Origin: an uncultured delta proteobacterium
GTDB taxonomy: Bacteria > Desulfobacterota > Binatia > UBA9968
DNA: 64,000 bases
Reading direction: 5' to 3'
Assembly: GCA_963745835.1 (NCBI GenBank)
Contig: CAVUZH010000013.1
Coordinates: 192,001 to 256,000 of the forward strand
Numbering within the stretch: position 1 is the stretch's first letter; every line of letters starts with the position of its first letter. Position numbers and translations under genes: made by a program. This document shows, one piece after another, positions 40,820 through 51,592 of the stretch. The notes under the pieces are model-generated. The model made no database searches and was not told the DNA's origin. It worked only from the letters and a program-made list of their open reading frames with translations.

Positions 40820-41595
40820 GAAAGCGCGCTTTCGTTATGGATACGTTGGTAAATACGATTTCTGATTTCCATAAAGCCCGGTTGTGCCCGGGTTAACATT
40901 TGATTGCGCGGCCTGGAAAAATTTATTGGCAGTTCCTCGATAATCCGCGATGGGCGTTGGCTGAGCAACAAAATTCGGTCCGAAAGGTAGATGGCCTCTT
41001 CGATGTCATGCGTGATAAACAAAATCGTCGTGCCCAACTCCTCCCAAAGCTGTAAAAGCGTATCCTCCAACTCCAGACGGGTTAGCGCGTCAAGAGAGCC
41101 AAAGGGCTCGTCCATCAGCAAAACTTCGGGCTCGTACGCAAGCGCGCGGGCAATGGCGACCCGCTGCTGCATTCCGCCCGAAAGCTCCCACGGGTAATGA
41201 TTCTCGAAACCTTTGAGGCCGACAAGGTCGATCAGCGAGCGAGCTTTGCCGTCGCCTTCGCGCGACTGGTTTCCCCGCGCCTCTAAACCGAAGCGAACGT
41301 TTCCAAGCACGGAGCGCCACGCGAACAGAGATTTATTGAAATCTTGGAAAACCAAGACCAGGTTCGGAGGTGGCCCACTCACCTCTTTTCCGTGAATTAC
41401 GACTTGCCCAGCGCTGGGAGCGATCAGTCCCGCAATCGACATCAACAAAGTGGTTTTGCCGCAACCCGAGGGCCCGACGAAGCTGACAAATTCGCCCGTC
41501 TCGATCTCGCATGAGATCTCTCCGATGGCCACGGTGGTCTCGCCGCCCATCTGCCGATAGGTCTTGGCAAGGTTCTGGATCTCTAAAAGAGGCAT
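40816..41595 (-). CDS. NitT/TauT ABC ATP-binding protein
   Basis: GPSGCGKT, LSGGMQQR, LLMDEPF, ITHD. Confidence 0.95.
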   Translation of the reverse strand: MPLLEIQNLAKTYRQMGGETTVAIGEISCEIETGEFVSFVGPSGCGKTTLLMSIAGLIAPSAGQVVIHGKEVSGPPPNLVLVFQDFNKSLFAWRSVLGNVRFGLEARGNQSREGDGKARSLIDLVGLKGFENHYPWELSGGMQQRVAIARALAYEPEVLLMDEPFGSLDALTRLELEDTLLQLWEELGTTILFITHDIEEAIYLSDRILLLSQRPSRIIEELPINFSRPRNQMLTRAQPGFMEIRNRIYQRIHNESALS

Positions 41596-41786
41596 GAAAG
41601 CGGGTAACAGCTAACCATCAAGCCGATAGCAGAACGAGGAATAAACCAATCACCGGAAAAACCGACCACGGCATCGAAGTGTTCGGTGTTCCGTAATCGT
41701 CAATTTTCATTAGTGATGCGATGGCAGGTTCCCTCCCGTAGCAGAGAAAGTGTCACGGGCGGCCGGGCCGTTTCCCTGCGTATCTT

Positions 41787-42749
41787 CTAACCTTTAGGCG
41801 CCACATCGCTGATGACTTCCCGTGCTTTGATGGCGCGGGAAATCAATTTATATTTGTGGGTCAGATCGATAGTGGACTGGAGATCTTTTTCCGATAATGT
41901 TTTATCGAAAATGGGCAAGCCGATCTTGCCGGCGAGACCGGGATTCAATCCGGCCCATTTTATCATCGCAGCGCGGCTGGCTTCGGGATCGGCCTCAATG
42001 GCCTCGGCGCCCCGAGCGATAGCTCGAATGAAAGACTGAGTCATTGGCTTGTTTTTCTGTATCCACTTCTCGGAAGCGAACCAGCCGGCGATGTGAAACC
42101 GCGCGAGCACGTCGCCCCAGGGATGGGCGAGAACTCGGGCCGTGCCCTTTTCGATGGCGGCGGTGGCAAACGGCTCATGAATGCTGACGGCATCGAGCTT
42201 GCCGCCATTCAATGCCGCTTCCATCTGCGGAAACGGCACCTCGACGAATTTAACCCTATTCGAAGCGCCGCCGTTCTTGTCGATCCAAGCCATTGCCATC
42301 AGATGAACGATATTGTTAAGCGTATTGACGGCGACGGTTTTCCCCTCCAAATCTTTGGCGCTTTTAATCGGCGACGCTTTAGTCACAAGAATGGCATGAC
42401 TCTCGTTTTTGCCGCGGCCGTTGCTCGCGCCAGGCGCCACAAGCTTGAAATCGAATCCCTCCACATAGGCTTGATAAAGCGAAATGACGTTGGTCCAGCC
42501 GATCTGCAAATCGCCGGAGGTAACTCCTTGCACGATCACCGCCCCGCCTGCCATGGGCACTGTCTCGAGCTCCAAACCTTCTGACTTGAAAAATCCTTTC
42601 TCCATCGCCATGAACATCGCCGCGACATCGACGATTTTCATGTAACCGAGCTTGCCTTTAGTCTGCGCCCAGCTGAAGTTGCCGAGCCAGGGCACTGCCG
42701 CCAGGCCAATAACGATTTTGCTAAGAAAATGTCGCCGACTAATAATCAT
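41787..42749 (-). CDS. SsuA/NMT1-like ABC substrate-binding protein
   Basis: SRRHFL Tat-like motif; KGFFKSEGL, DLEGKTVAVN, PFPQM, HEPF. Confidence 0.9.
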   Translation of the reverse strand: MIISRRHFLSKIVIGLAAVPWLGNFSWAQTKGKLGYMKIVDVAAMFMAMEKGFFKSEGLELETVPMAGGAVIVQGVTSGDLQIGWTNVISLYQAYVEGFDFKLVAPGASNGRGKNESHAILVTKASPIKSAKDLEGKTVAVNTLNNIVHLMAMAWIDKNGGASNRVKFVEVPFPQMEAALNGGKLDAVSIHEPFATAAIEKGTARVLAHPWGDVLARFHIAGWFASEKWIQKNKPMTQSFIRAIARGAEAIEADPEASRAAMIKWAGLNPGLAGKIGLPIFDKTLSEKDLQSTIDLTHKYKLISRAIKAREVISDVAPKG

Positions 42750-43030
42750 TAAAGTCCTCCAAAGGCAGAAAATTTGACTCCTTGTTTAACAATGATCATT
42801 CTATGCGGCACAGCCGGAACTCAATGCCGGATTATCTTTCGCAAAGGAGCTAAGCAAGAAAGCAACACTCGGAACTGAGCGTCTTGGCGGCTTCGCGCGA
42901 GCAAATTCTCGTCCTAAAGACGACTGTTTCCGGTGTCGCCAACGGCAATTACATAATCCGAAATAATCCCATCCTGCAACAGCAGATTGACTTTGATTAA
43001 GCCCTGCCCAATGATGAGCTTTTCAACTGA

Positions 43031-44200
43031 ATGGCGGCAACTGTGCCAGAGCAGGAGCAAACACCTTGGGAAATTTGGATAAAAGATTTCTTCTTCACCT
43101 GGATAAACCGATTTAGCTTTTTTCTCGCGCATCATCTCACTCGCCCGATCCTGCCGCTCTATCTTGTCAGCTTCGGCGCTTCTTCCACAGTGATCGGTGC
43201 TGTCATGGCGGTCTTCACCATCACCGCCACCGCTACGCGAATTCCGGTGGGACTACTCATCGACAGAATCGGCAGGAAGCCATTTCTCATCGCCGGCGTT
43301 GCCCTCTTCGCCGTCGGCAACTTCGGCTACCTATGGGCCCCAGGCATTCTTCTGATGCTGCCGTTCCGCATGCTTCACGGTGTTGGCTGGTCCGGCTGCA
43401 CGACCGCCGTGGCGACATTGGCAGCCGATATCGCGCCGCAGAAGCGGCGCGGCGAGTTGATCGGTTATGCCGCCATGGCAAGCAGTCTGGGCGGAGCCAT
43501 CGGCCCGGTGGCGGGGTTCGCGTTGTTGCAGCGCTTCGACTTCTCCGGAGTTTTTTTCGGTGCGGCCGCCTTGTTGTTTGTCAGCCTGATTCTCGCCGCG
43601 TTCGTTAAGGAGCCGGAGCACGGCCCGCGAAACAACCACCGCCAAAGATGGATTGACCGGCTGGTGATTCCCGAGACCCTACTGCCTGCGGTAGCCGTCG
43701 CCTTTCTATCGTTCGGCCACGGCGGCATCCTCACCTTTCTACCTATCCATGCACTGAAACTCGGCCTTGAAAATCCCGGCCTTTGGTTCGGCCTCTATGC
43801 ACTTTGCCTGCTGTTGAGCCGGCCAGTGGCCGGACCGCTTTCAGACCGGATCAGCCGGCGCGCCGTCATTATTCCCGGATTGATTCTAAACCTGCTCGGG
43901 ATCGGCATTCTGGCGCTGGCCTCTTCACCTGCATGGCTCATGGCGGCGGCAGTGGTCGGCGGCTTCGGCACCGGAGCAGCCCAGCCGGCGCTCATGACGG
44001 TGGCGGTGGATCAAACATCGCCGCAGCGCCGCGGCCAATCCATGGCGCAATATCAGTGCTTCTACGATCTCGGCATTGGCCTAGGCTCGTTGACACTGGG
44101 AGCGTTTCTCGATTTAGTCGATCAGAATTTTTCCCTCATGTATGCGGCGACCGCCGTCGTGGCGCTCATCGGTTTATGGATTTACTGGAAGCGGAGTTGA
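43031..44200 (+). CDS. MFS transporter
   Basis: GLLIDRIGRK and GPLSDRISRR motif A; about 12 TM segments. Confidence 0.92.
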   Translation: MAATVPEQEQTPWEIWIKDFFFTWINRFSFFLAHHLTRPILPLYLVSFGASSTVIGAVMAVFTITATATRIPVGLLIDRIGRKPFLIAGVALFAVGNFGYLWAPGILLMLPFRMLHGVGWSGCTTAVATLAADIAPQKRRGELIGYAAMASSLGGAIGPVAGFALLQRFDFSGVFFGAAALLFVSLILAAFVKEPEHGPRNNHRQRWIDRLVIPETLLPAVAVAFLSFGHGGILTFLPIHALKLGLENPGLWFGLYALCLLLSRPVAGPLSDRISRRAVIIPGLILNLLGIGILALASSPAWLMAAAVVGGFGTGAAQPALMTVAVDQTSPQRRGQSMAQYQCFYDLGIGLGSLTLGAFLDLVDQNFSLMYAATAVVALIGLWIYWKRS

Positions 44201-44207
44201 TCTCTTT

Positions 44208-44987
44208 ATGTTGATCGATGCTCATGTTCATTTGGACAAATACGGCGATTTACTTGGCGATGCCTTGAGAGAAATCGAACGGGAAAATATTTTTACCCTC
44301 GCCACGGCGATGGATGTTCCGTCCTATCAGGACCTTCAGGAAATCGCGCGGCGCTCAGAGCTGGTGCTGCCGACGTTCGGAATTCATCCTCGACGCGCTC
44401 CGCAATATGTCGATCGGCTGCGCGAGCTCGGCCAGTATATCGAGATGAGTCCCGCCATCGGCGAAATTGGTCTGGACTTCCACTGGGTCAAGAATAGCTC
44501 CGAGTATCCGGCTCAATTGAAAGTCCTGGAATATTTTCTCGCAGCCGCCCGCGAACAGAAAAAAATCGTCAACCTGCACACCAAGGGCGGCGAGAAACCT
44601 ATTCTCGAGCTGTTAGAGCATTACGACATAGCGCGGCCGATTATTCATTGGTACTCCGGCCCTCTGGATATCCTCCGCGCCCTGGTCCAATTCGGCGCGT
44701 ACTTTACCATCGGCGTCGAGGTCCTCTATTCAGAGACTATTCAGACAATCGCGCGGGAGATTCCGGACCCTCTGCTTCTCACCGAAACCGATAATCCGGG
44801 CGGTTTAAAGTGGCTGAAAGGCATAGTCGGTATGCCGTCGGAGATTAAAAAAGTGATTGACCACCTGGCTCGGATCAGAGCCTCTACGCCGGAATCAATG
44901 TCCCGGATGATTCAGGCAAACTTCCTCAAATTGATCGAAGCCGATCCGTGGCTGCGGCAAGTACGCACCTTGCTCTCCCAGCCATAA
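44208..44987 (+). CDS. TatD family hydrolase/nuclease
   Basis: IDAHVH, GIHP, IGEIGLD, LLTETD.P. Confidence 0.92.
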   Translation: MLIDAHVHLDKYGDLLGDALREIERENIFTLATAMDVPSYQDLQEIARRSELVLPTFGIHPRRAPQYVDRLRELGQYIEMSPAIGEIGLDFHWVKNSSEYPAQLKVLEYFLAAAREQKKIVNLHTKGGEKPILELLEHYDIARPIIHWYSGPLDILRALVQFGAYFTIGVEVLYSETIQTIAREIPDPLLLTETDNPGGLKWLKGIVGMPSEIKKVIDHLARIRASTPESMSRMIQANFLKLIEADPWLRQVRTLLSQP

Positions 44988-45040
44988 CAATACTCAATAG
45001 TCGGAAATGCTCTAAAGACCCGCGTCGAGGAGGATAGAGA

Positions 45041-45958
45041 ATGTTTGGAATCTCGTTCGAAGCCTATCTGCCGAAACTGATCGACTTCAGCATCAATTTC
45101 GCGCAGTCGTTATTTGGTGTTCTCTTGATCGTCGTAGTAGCGTTGCTCGCGATCAAGTTTCTCCGCCTAGGGCTTAATCGGTTGGAAGTGATCCTTGTGC
45201 GGGCGCGCGAGGCCTCGGAATCGGTGCCGGGAGCGGCGGCGATGCGCATCCGAACCTTGATGAGCGTGCTCTGGACGATCGTCGCGGGTCTTGTCTGGTT
45301 CACGGCAGTTTTGACAATCCTCGGGCAAGTGGGGGTGAACGTCACGCCGATTCTCGCCAGCGCTGGAGTGGTCGGACTTGCGGTGGGATTCGGGGCGCAG
45401 AATCTGGTGAAGGATTTCGTCAGCGGGTTCTTTTTGATCCTGGAAAATCAGATCCGCGTCGGCGATGTCGCGATCATCAATGGAACCGGCGGTCTGGTAG
45501 AGGCCATCACGTTCCGCACCATCGTGCTGCGCGACCAGGCCGCCGTAGTTCACGTCTTTCCAAACGGCTCGATCAACACGCTGTCCAACATGACCAAGGA
45601 CTGGTCGGCGTACGTCATCGATGTCGGCGTCGCTTACAGGGAGGATACCGATCGCGTCGTCGAAGTGATGCGTCGAGTCGCCGGCGAGTTGCAGTCCCAT
45701 CCGCAATACGGTTCGGCGATGCTCGAGCCGATTGAGATCATCGGCGTGGATGCGTTCACGGATTCAGCGGTCATCATCAAGGCGCGGCTAAAGACACTGC
45801 CGATAAGGCAGTGGATGGTCGGTCGCGAGTACCGCCGCCGGCTGAAAAAAGCCTTCGAAGCCGAAAACATCGAATTTCCATTTCCACAGAGAACGGTCCT
45901 CGTGGGGGAGGCCAAAGCACCGTTGCCACCGGCCGGCAAACCGGCGGAAGGGAATTAG
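45041..45958 (+). CDS. Small-conductance mechanosensitive channel (MscS/YbiO-like)
   Basis: GLAVGFGAQNLVKD..SG, RVGD, GLVEAITFR. Confidence 0.93.
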   Translation: MFGISFEAYLPKLIDFSINFAQSLFGVLLIVVVALLAIKFLRLGLNRLEVILVRAREASESVPGAAAMRIRTLMSVLWTIVAGLVWFTAVLTILGQVGVNVTPILASAGVVGLAVGFGAQNLVKDFVSGFFLILENQIRVGDVAIINGTGGLVEAITFRTIVLRDQAAVVHVFPNGSINTLSNMTKDWSAYVIDVGVAYREDTDRVVEVMRRVAGELQSHPQYGSAMLEPIEIIGVDAFTDSAVIIKARLKTLPIRQWMVGREYRRRLKKAFEAENIEFPFPQRTVLVGEAKAPLPPAGKPAEGN

Positions 45959-46078
45959 AACGTTGGCAAATCAAGATTCACGATGATGCTGCTAGCGAGC
46001 CTTCCCATTTTGGGCAAAGCGTGTAAATTGGACTGATTATTTTTCCCGGATCCGGGATTTTGGAGCTCGCGCAACACA

Positions 46079-47254
46079 TTGACTGACAATCATCACTCTT
46101 TTACCCGCGCTGAAATCGGCCCGGTGATTGTCGTCAGTCTGATATCCGCATTGCGTTTACTCGGCATCTTTCTGATCCTCCCCGTGTTCAGCGTCTATGC
46201 TGTTCATTATCCCGAAGCCAGCCTTGCCATGGCCGGCATTGCCTTCGGCGCCTACGCTCTGACTCAGAGTATCTTGCAAATTCCGCTGGGATGGGCCAGC
46301 GATCGCTGGGGACGCAAGCCAATATTGCTGATCGGCCTGGCGCTGTTCGGAGTGGGCAGCATCGGTTGTGGCTTGGCGCAGAATATTTTCCAGCTCATCG
46401 TTGCGCGAGTGATTCAAGGCACCGGCGCCATCGGTTCGGTAGCGCTAGCAGCGCTGGCTGATCTTACAAGGCCGGCGGTTCGCACGCAGGCATTTACCGT
46501 TACCGGAATTGCCATTGGCTCTGCCTTCATGATTGGCATATTGGGCGGACCGCTGTTGGCGGCAAGCATCGGTCTCAGCGGCTTGTTCTATGTTTTGGCC
46601 GCGCTGGCTTTTTCGGCAATGGTCCTAGCGGCGATCTCCTTTCCTAAAAAAAATAAATCCGCCGACAAACAGCCAGCGATGGCTTTTAAACCGATCCTAA
46701 TGCACGGCGAACTGCGGCCGATTTTTATCGCCGCCTTTGTTCTTTCTTTCACCCTGAATCTTTTCTTTTTCACTTATCCGCTGAGCTGGGCGGACATAGG
46801 ACTCGATCGCGCCGAGCTTTGGAAAGTATATCTGATTATCTTTTTACCGAGCGCGTTATTGGTGTTCCCTTATATGCGCCGCGCCGAAAGACTGGGCCGT
46901 TTTCGCATGCCAATCATGATCGGCTGGTTAACCGCAATGACAGGCTATGCCGTGTATTTGGTCGGCGCTCAATCGGATTTGCTGTTGTATGTCAGCGGCG
47001 CGGCTTTCTTTTTCGGTTACAGCTTGTTCCAACCGCTGTTGCCGACATTTCTGACCCAGCGAATTCCCCAGGCGGGCCGCGGCACAGCCACCGGTGTTTA
47101 TACCTTCTTTGGCTTCATCGGCTCATCGCTCGGCGGCATACTCGGCGGGGTGCTGATCCATGTCTATCCGTCGCTGCCGGAATTTCTCGGTGTGGTGCTC
47201 TTGGTGCTGTGGTATTTCTCCGGCCTACCCACCGCGCCGGAGAATGCTGCCTGA
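46079..47254 (+). CDS. MFS transporter (YajR-like)
   Basis: LRLLGIFLILPV, QIPLGWASDRWGRKP. Confidence 0.88.
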   Translation: MTDNHHSFTRAEIGPVIVVSLISALRLLGIFLILPVFSVYAVHYPEASLAMAGIAFGAYALTQSILQIPLGWASDRWGRKPILLIGLALFGVGSIGCGLAQNIFQLIVARVIQGTGAIGSVALAALADLTRPAVRTQAFTVTGIAIGSAFMIGILGGPLLAASIGLSGLFYVLAALAFSAMVLAAISFPKKNKSADKQPAMAFKPILMHGELRPIFIAAFVLSFTLNLFFFTYPLSWADIGLDRAELWKVYLIIFLPSALLVFPYMRRAERLGRFRMPIMIGWLTAMTGYAVYLVGAQSDLLLYVSGAAFFFGYSLFQPLLPTFLTQRIPQAGRGTATGVYTFFGFIGSSLGGILGGVLIHVYPSLPEFLGVVLLVLWYFSGLPTAPENAA

Positions 47255-47385
47255 TAAAGCCGTTGCTCTCATCGATTTAGATCCTCGATTTACGTCTATC
47301 TGATCCGCATTGCTCCGGACAGTACCGTTGCGTATAAATACTGGAGGATGCGAAATGCTAGGTAGTTAGATTGCCGCGCCGCGCT

Positions 47386-47769
47386 ATGACAGCTCGTCCT
47401 CAAATTCTTTTCCTGCTAGCAATGATTGCGATTTTTGCCAGCTGCAATAAATCCTATGACGAAAAAATCGGTGGCGTGGAGATACCGATACCGCGCGGGA
47501 TGAAGAAATCCGATGGAACGGGGGTTGAAGTTGCCCTGCTCGGTTTCGGTGGTGGTCAAAGTTCATTTCGCGGTCAGCTGGAACCCGAGAAGGTGATCGA
47601 GTTTTATGAAAAGGAAATGCCGTTACGTGGTTGGCAGCCCAATGCCGGCGTCGTATCGAAAGGGGGAATGCTGACCTACGCCAAAGACAACAGAACCGTC
47701 ATCATTATGGTCGGCGGCAACAACGACGCTGCCGCTATGACAATCACTGTCGGCGGAACCGGTCGTTGA
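47386..47769 (+). CDS. Hypothetical lipoprotein
   Basis: Hydrophobic signal ending in an FASC lipobox; VIEFYEKEMP..GW. Confidence 0.6.
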   Translation: MTARPQILFLLAMIAIFASCNKSYDEKIGGVEIPIPRGMKKSDGTGVEVALLGFGGGQSSFRGQLEPEKVIEFYEKEMPLRGWQPNAGVVSKGGMLTYAKDNRTVIIMVGGNNDAAAMTITVGGTGR

Positions 47770-47954
47770 GTTCTTGGAACGAGGCACAGCTGCACCAGAT
47801 CGATGAAATCGGCAATTAGGATTATCTAGCGCAACAGATTAAAAAGGACTCGCAGTGGGAGATCCCTAACCGTTGTCCTAAACAGTGGCGCGGGGGACTG
47901 CCTATCTACAGATTCTGCATCCAGAAACTTTGATAGCCACGGCAGCAAGGTCCA

Positions 47955-48083
47955 GCAGGCTGTTCAAAAACACTCAGAGGGCAAGACGGGCAAAGTTCGA
48001 TGAGCTGAGGCGTACTCTTCAGTACGTTGAAGCGAATCGGGCGAAGCGCAACGAAGCATATGAGGGGTTTTTCAGCAGCCTGC
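47955..48083 (+). repeat. ~127-bp MITE-like structured repeat, copy 2
   Basis: GCAGGCTGTTCAAAAA ... TTTTTCAGCAGCCTGC; CGTACT-CTTC-AGTACG; GCAACGAAGCATATG. Confidence 0.85.
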
Positions 48084-48094
48084 CAGAGGCACGA

Positions 48095-49543
48095 TCACTC
48101 GCGCCTGGTTGGGAAAGCAGGCGGGACGATACCCTCAGTGCTCCTGCCGTTCCAGTCACGAGTTGCCCAGCCATCCCACGCGCGCTGCGCGCCTGCGTTT
48201 GCTTGAACAAATAGCTCATCTTCGTCAATGCGCGTCGACCGGCCGTCGTCGATGACGATTTCACCATCGACAATCACCGTTTCAACATCGGCGCCGCTGC
48301 CGTACTCGATTAACGCGTTGATCGGATCACGCCATGGCCCGTAACGGGTGGTGCGCAGATTGATAATTACCACGTCGGCTTTGGCGTCGGCAGCAAGCCG
48401 GCCCAGATCTTTCCGGCCCAGAGCATCGGCGCCGCCAATGGTCGCTGCGTTGAAACAATCGGCCGGTCGCGCGCCGGAGGCGTTGCGGTCGATCAGGCGC
48501 GAAATCAAAGACGCGTAACGCATCTCGGCAATTATATCGAGCGGATAGGTATCGGTGCCAAGACCGATCCTGACGCCGGCGGCCAGGTACTGATCGAAGG
48601 ATTCCAACGCAAAAGCCATTTTGGCGCATTTGTGCGGGCAATGGCCGACGGTTGCGCCGGACTCCGCGATCAGTTTCAATTCGTCGCCGCGCGGGTAATC
48701 GATGCGCGAATGGCCGCCAGTGATCGCCATGTGGCCGAGGGTCGTTCGCGGCCCGAGAATTCCTGTCCCGGCGAGATATTCCACCACCGGCTTTCGGTAG
48801 GTATTCAGAATGTGCAGAAACTCGCGCGCGTTGCCGCCGGCATGAAGGTGAATCGGGACATCGAGCTCTTTAGCGGCAGCGGCAGTTTCCTTGAGCAGCG
48901 CGGGCTCGCAGGTTTCGGCTTGCGCGGGATTTAATATTCCTTGAATCCTGCCGTTATGGGCGCCGTGGTATTGCTTGATAAAAGCAACGGCTCTTTCGAG
49001 GCCGGGACGCCCCTTATCTTCTCGTTCCTCATAGTAAAGACGGCCTTGCGCATCGGTAAAGATATCGCTGCTGCGGTATGGCGGGCTGAAAAAAACCCGT
49101 CCTCCCTGTTGGCCGACGATGGCGACGTACTCGTCCAAAGCGCCGGGCCCACCGCCAGGATCGAGGACAGTGGTCGCGCCATTTTTCAAGGCGCTAAACA
49201 GCGCGTATTTCCGGCCGATTGCCACTGCCGGCGCCGGCGGCGGAGTAAGTTTTTCCTTAAAAGGAGCGCCGAAGACAAACCAGTTGGCGGTTAGATAATC
49301 CTTCCTGGTCACATCGGCGAGCAAATAATCGCCGACGTTCAATTGCGAATGAACGTGAAGGTTAACGAACCCTGGAGAAACAATCTTCCCGGAAGCGTCG
49401 ATCACTTTGTCGACGGCTTGAGACTTATCCTTCCCCACGGAGCGAATCGTATCGTTCTCTATGAGTACTGAACCATCCGGAATGATTTCATGGCCGGTGC
49501 CGGACCAACCCACGACGACACCACCATCAATGCGTATTTTCAT
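48095..49543 (-). CDS. Metal-dependent amidohydrolase (ATZ/TRZ chlorohydrolase/deaminase-like)
   Basis: PGFVNLHVH, IHLHAG, GLGTD, ATIGGADALG..DLGRL. Confidence 0.9.
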   Translation of the reverse strand: MKIRIDGGVVVGWSGTGHEIIPDGSVLIENDTIRSVGKDKSQAVDKVIDASGKIVSPGFVNLHVHSQLNVGDYLLADVTRKDYLTANWFVFGAPFKEKLTPPPAPAVAIGRKYALFSALKNGATTVLDPGGGPGALDEYVAIVGQQGGRVFFSPPYRSSDIFTDAQGRLYYEEREDKGRPGLERAVAFIKQYHGAHNGRIQGILNPAQAETCEPALLKETAAAAKELDVPIHLHAGGNAREFLHILNTYRKPVVEYLAGTGILGPRTTLGHMAITGGHSRIDYPRGDELKLIAESGATVGHCPHKCAKMAFALESFDQYLAAGVRIGLGTDTYPLDIIAEMRYASLISRLIDRNASGARPADCFNAATIGGADALGRKDLGRLAADAKADVVIINLRTTRYGPWRDPINALIEYGSGADVETVIVDGEIVIDDGRSTRIDEDELFVQANAGAQRAWDGWATRDWNGRSTEGIVPPAFPTRRE

Positions 49544-49807
49544 TACTCGATCCCTACCGAATTCCGCAACAGAGAGGTCAATACTGTTTTCCGATCAAGG
49601 GGCGAGACCGGAGGAGCGAAGGCACGGAAGCGAACAGTCCAACGTCGTTTCCAATCCACGGCCAACAGTTGATTCCTCGACAGGCCGACCGGTCAAGCAC
49701 GAAGTTTTGCACATCACTACGAGCCACAGACCCATTGCCTTCGATCCGGAGGGCTCGTCCCTTAATCCCGCTGTTCCTTTGAACTGCGAAATCGAGGCTG
49801 CTAGACC

Positions 49808-50518
49808 TTAGCCTGGCAGGCTCGGCGTATCATCGTGTTTACCGTGCAGCGCGTACCAATAAATACCGTTCATATAACGCCACCGCCGGATGGTCGCCTC
49901 TTCCACCATCTGGATTGCCAGATCCTGGAGCTCAGGCGTGTTGCAATACTTTTCGACGATGGCAAATCCTTTGGAGCCATGGATCTCGTCAGCGTAGATA
50001 TGCTCTTCGAAAAATCGGATCTCCCGCGCATGCGGCGCAAAACCATAATGTTTGTGCAGAGCGGGAACGATCTTTTTGCAAATATCCAAAAACTGGGACT
50101 CAAGGCCGATGAACATCCCGGCCAGCGCGGCCTGCCAACACCTTTGATAGACCATGCGCCAGCCCCAATTCTGCAAACCCTCAGTGGCGGCGAGAACGAT
50201 CGAGCTTTCCACGCTGTCGCGATTCACGCCGCTAGCGGCGACGTAATCCTTGAGCATGTCCAAATGACGATCGTCGGGATTCTCTTCATCCCCGAGGTTT
50301 TCGAATAAATAATTTTTTACATCGCGCTCGCGAATCTGCGAGCCCTGATATGCAAGCCAGTTCAAAAACTCGCCGACGAAATGATAGTGTTGCGTGCAGT
50401 AGAAGGCGGTTTGCTCCCGGGTCAGCTTCCCCTGTGCCCATAGTTCGAAAAATGGATGATTTTTGCTGTGCTTGCGATCGCGGGTGGCGACCAATCGATC
50501 ATGAAAGCTGCTGCTCAT
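49808..50518 (-). CDS. Heme-oxygenase-like diiron protein (TenA/PqqC/CADD superfamily)
   Basis: HPFF..W..GKL; E-x6-H (EENPDDRH), GLESQ and H-x3-D-x2-H (HIYADEIH) ligand pattern; RBS GAGGA. Confidence 0.8.
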   Translation of the reverse strand: MSSSFHDRLVATRDRKHSKNHPFFELWAQGKLTREQTAFYCTQHYHFVGEFLNWLAYQGSQIRERDVKNYLFENLGDEENPDDRHLDMLKDYVAASGVNRDSVESSIVLAATEGLQNWGWRMVYQRCWQAALAGMFIGLESQFLDICKKIVPALHKHYGFAPHAREIRFFEEHIYADEIHGSKGFAIVEKYCNTPELQDLAIQMVEEATIRRWRYMNGIYWYALHGKHDDTPSLPG

Positions 50519-50543
50519 ATAATCCTCGCAACGGTTTACAAGT

Positions 50544-51521
50544 CTACGACTTATCGAAAGCACCGCTTTTTTCTAGCTCATCGACATAACGACTATCCAT
50601 CATCTCCTCAGCTTTGACTTTCTTGGCGCGCCCATCGGTCTTGGCAATGTCGTCCAGAATCGCCTGATACGGCTCGGCGCGAAGAGATAGCCGCGGTTCG
50701 AGCGCCTTTATCTCGCCATTATAGGCAGCGTCCAAAATCTTTCGGTCGGTGAGCCGGAGCTGTTTGCCAAGAACCCTATAGACGAACTCTCTGTCGTTGT
50801 GGAGAATCCTGGACGACTCCGCCATCGCGCGCATGAATTGACCAACTACCGCGGAACGCTTGGCAATGACAGCGCGACGAGTCACGAAAACGGTTGCCGC
50901 ATAGGGGATTTTCAGATCGGGTCCGAAGATAACGAAGTTGTAACCCATGGCGGTGGCTTGGGTGTCAGTGGGCGCGGTCAAGGCCGCCGCGTCGATCACT
51001 CCCGATTTCAAGGCCGCCAGCGTTTCGGGTGCGCCGCCCGTTTGAATGAAAGTGACATCCTTGCTTGGATCCAACCCTTTCAGTCGCAGGGCCTGAATCG
51101 CGAAATAATGGGGATTGCCGCCGAGCCGGGTTACTCCGACTTTTTTCCCTTTCAGATCCTCGGGCCTCTTGAGCTCCGCCTTGCCCATTATGCTATGAGT
51201 CAAGATGTTTTTTACCGCTCCGATAAAAACGAAGTCGCTGCCACCAGCCAAGTTGGCGCGAATCATACCCTCGCCTCCGGTGAGCGCTATCTCACCGTCG
51301 CCACCCAACATGGCGGCGGTCACCGCGGAGGACGCGGGAATGAAAACCATGGGAAAGTCCAGATTGTGTTTTTTAAAGAGACCGGCATCTTGGGCGATCC
51401 AAGGCATCGACTGGGAAAGAACTCTTGCCGAATGGATACCGACGAGTTTATCGGCTGCTTGGGCTCGAGCCGCAATAGTTAGGCAGAGCGCGAGGATGAA
51501 AATCGGAAGTCGGCTTTTCAT
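50544..51521 (-). CDS. NMT1/THI5-like substrate-binding protein (orphan)
   Basis: Signal peptide; GLFKKHNLD, DLKGKKVGVTRLG, ELEKSG. Confidence 0.88.
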   Translation of the reverse strand: MKSRLPIFILALCLTIAARAQAADKLVGIHSARVLSQSMPWIAQDAGLFKKHNLDFPMVFIPASSAVTAAMLGGDGEIALTGGEGMIRANLAGGSDFVFIGAVKNILTHSIMGKAELKRPEDLKGKKVGVTRLGGNPHYFAIQALRLKGLDPSKDVTFIQTGGAPETLAALKSGVIDAAALTAPTDTQATAMGYNFVIFGPDLKIPYAATVFVTRRAVIAKRSAVVGQFMRAMAESSRILHNDREFVYRVLGKQLRLTDRKILDAAYNGEIKALEPRLSLRAEPYQAILDDIAKTDGRAKKVKAEEMMDSRYVDELEKSGAFDKS

Positions 51522-51592
51522 AATGTGCCGATAGGCTAATCAAATCTGACCGGCGATTGAAACGGTGCTGTCTGTTTGCGCTGTAGTCGCTG

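Noticed and set aside
47885-48214. ORFs spanning the ~127-bp repeats (also 61491-61815 and 62266-62511)
   Set aside because: These are translations of the non-coding repeat or of antisense frames of real genes.
49593-49767. 6S RNA call for the long inverted repeat
   Set aside because: Size fits, but the interior looks multi-branched rather than a rod with a central bubble; left as an unassigned finding.
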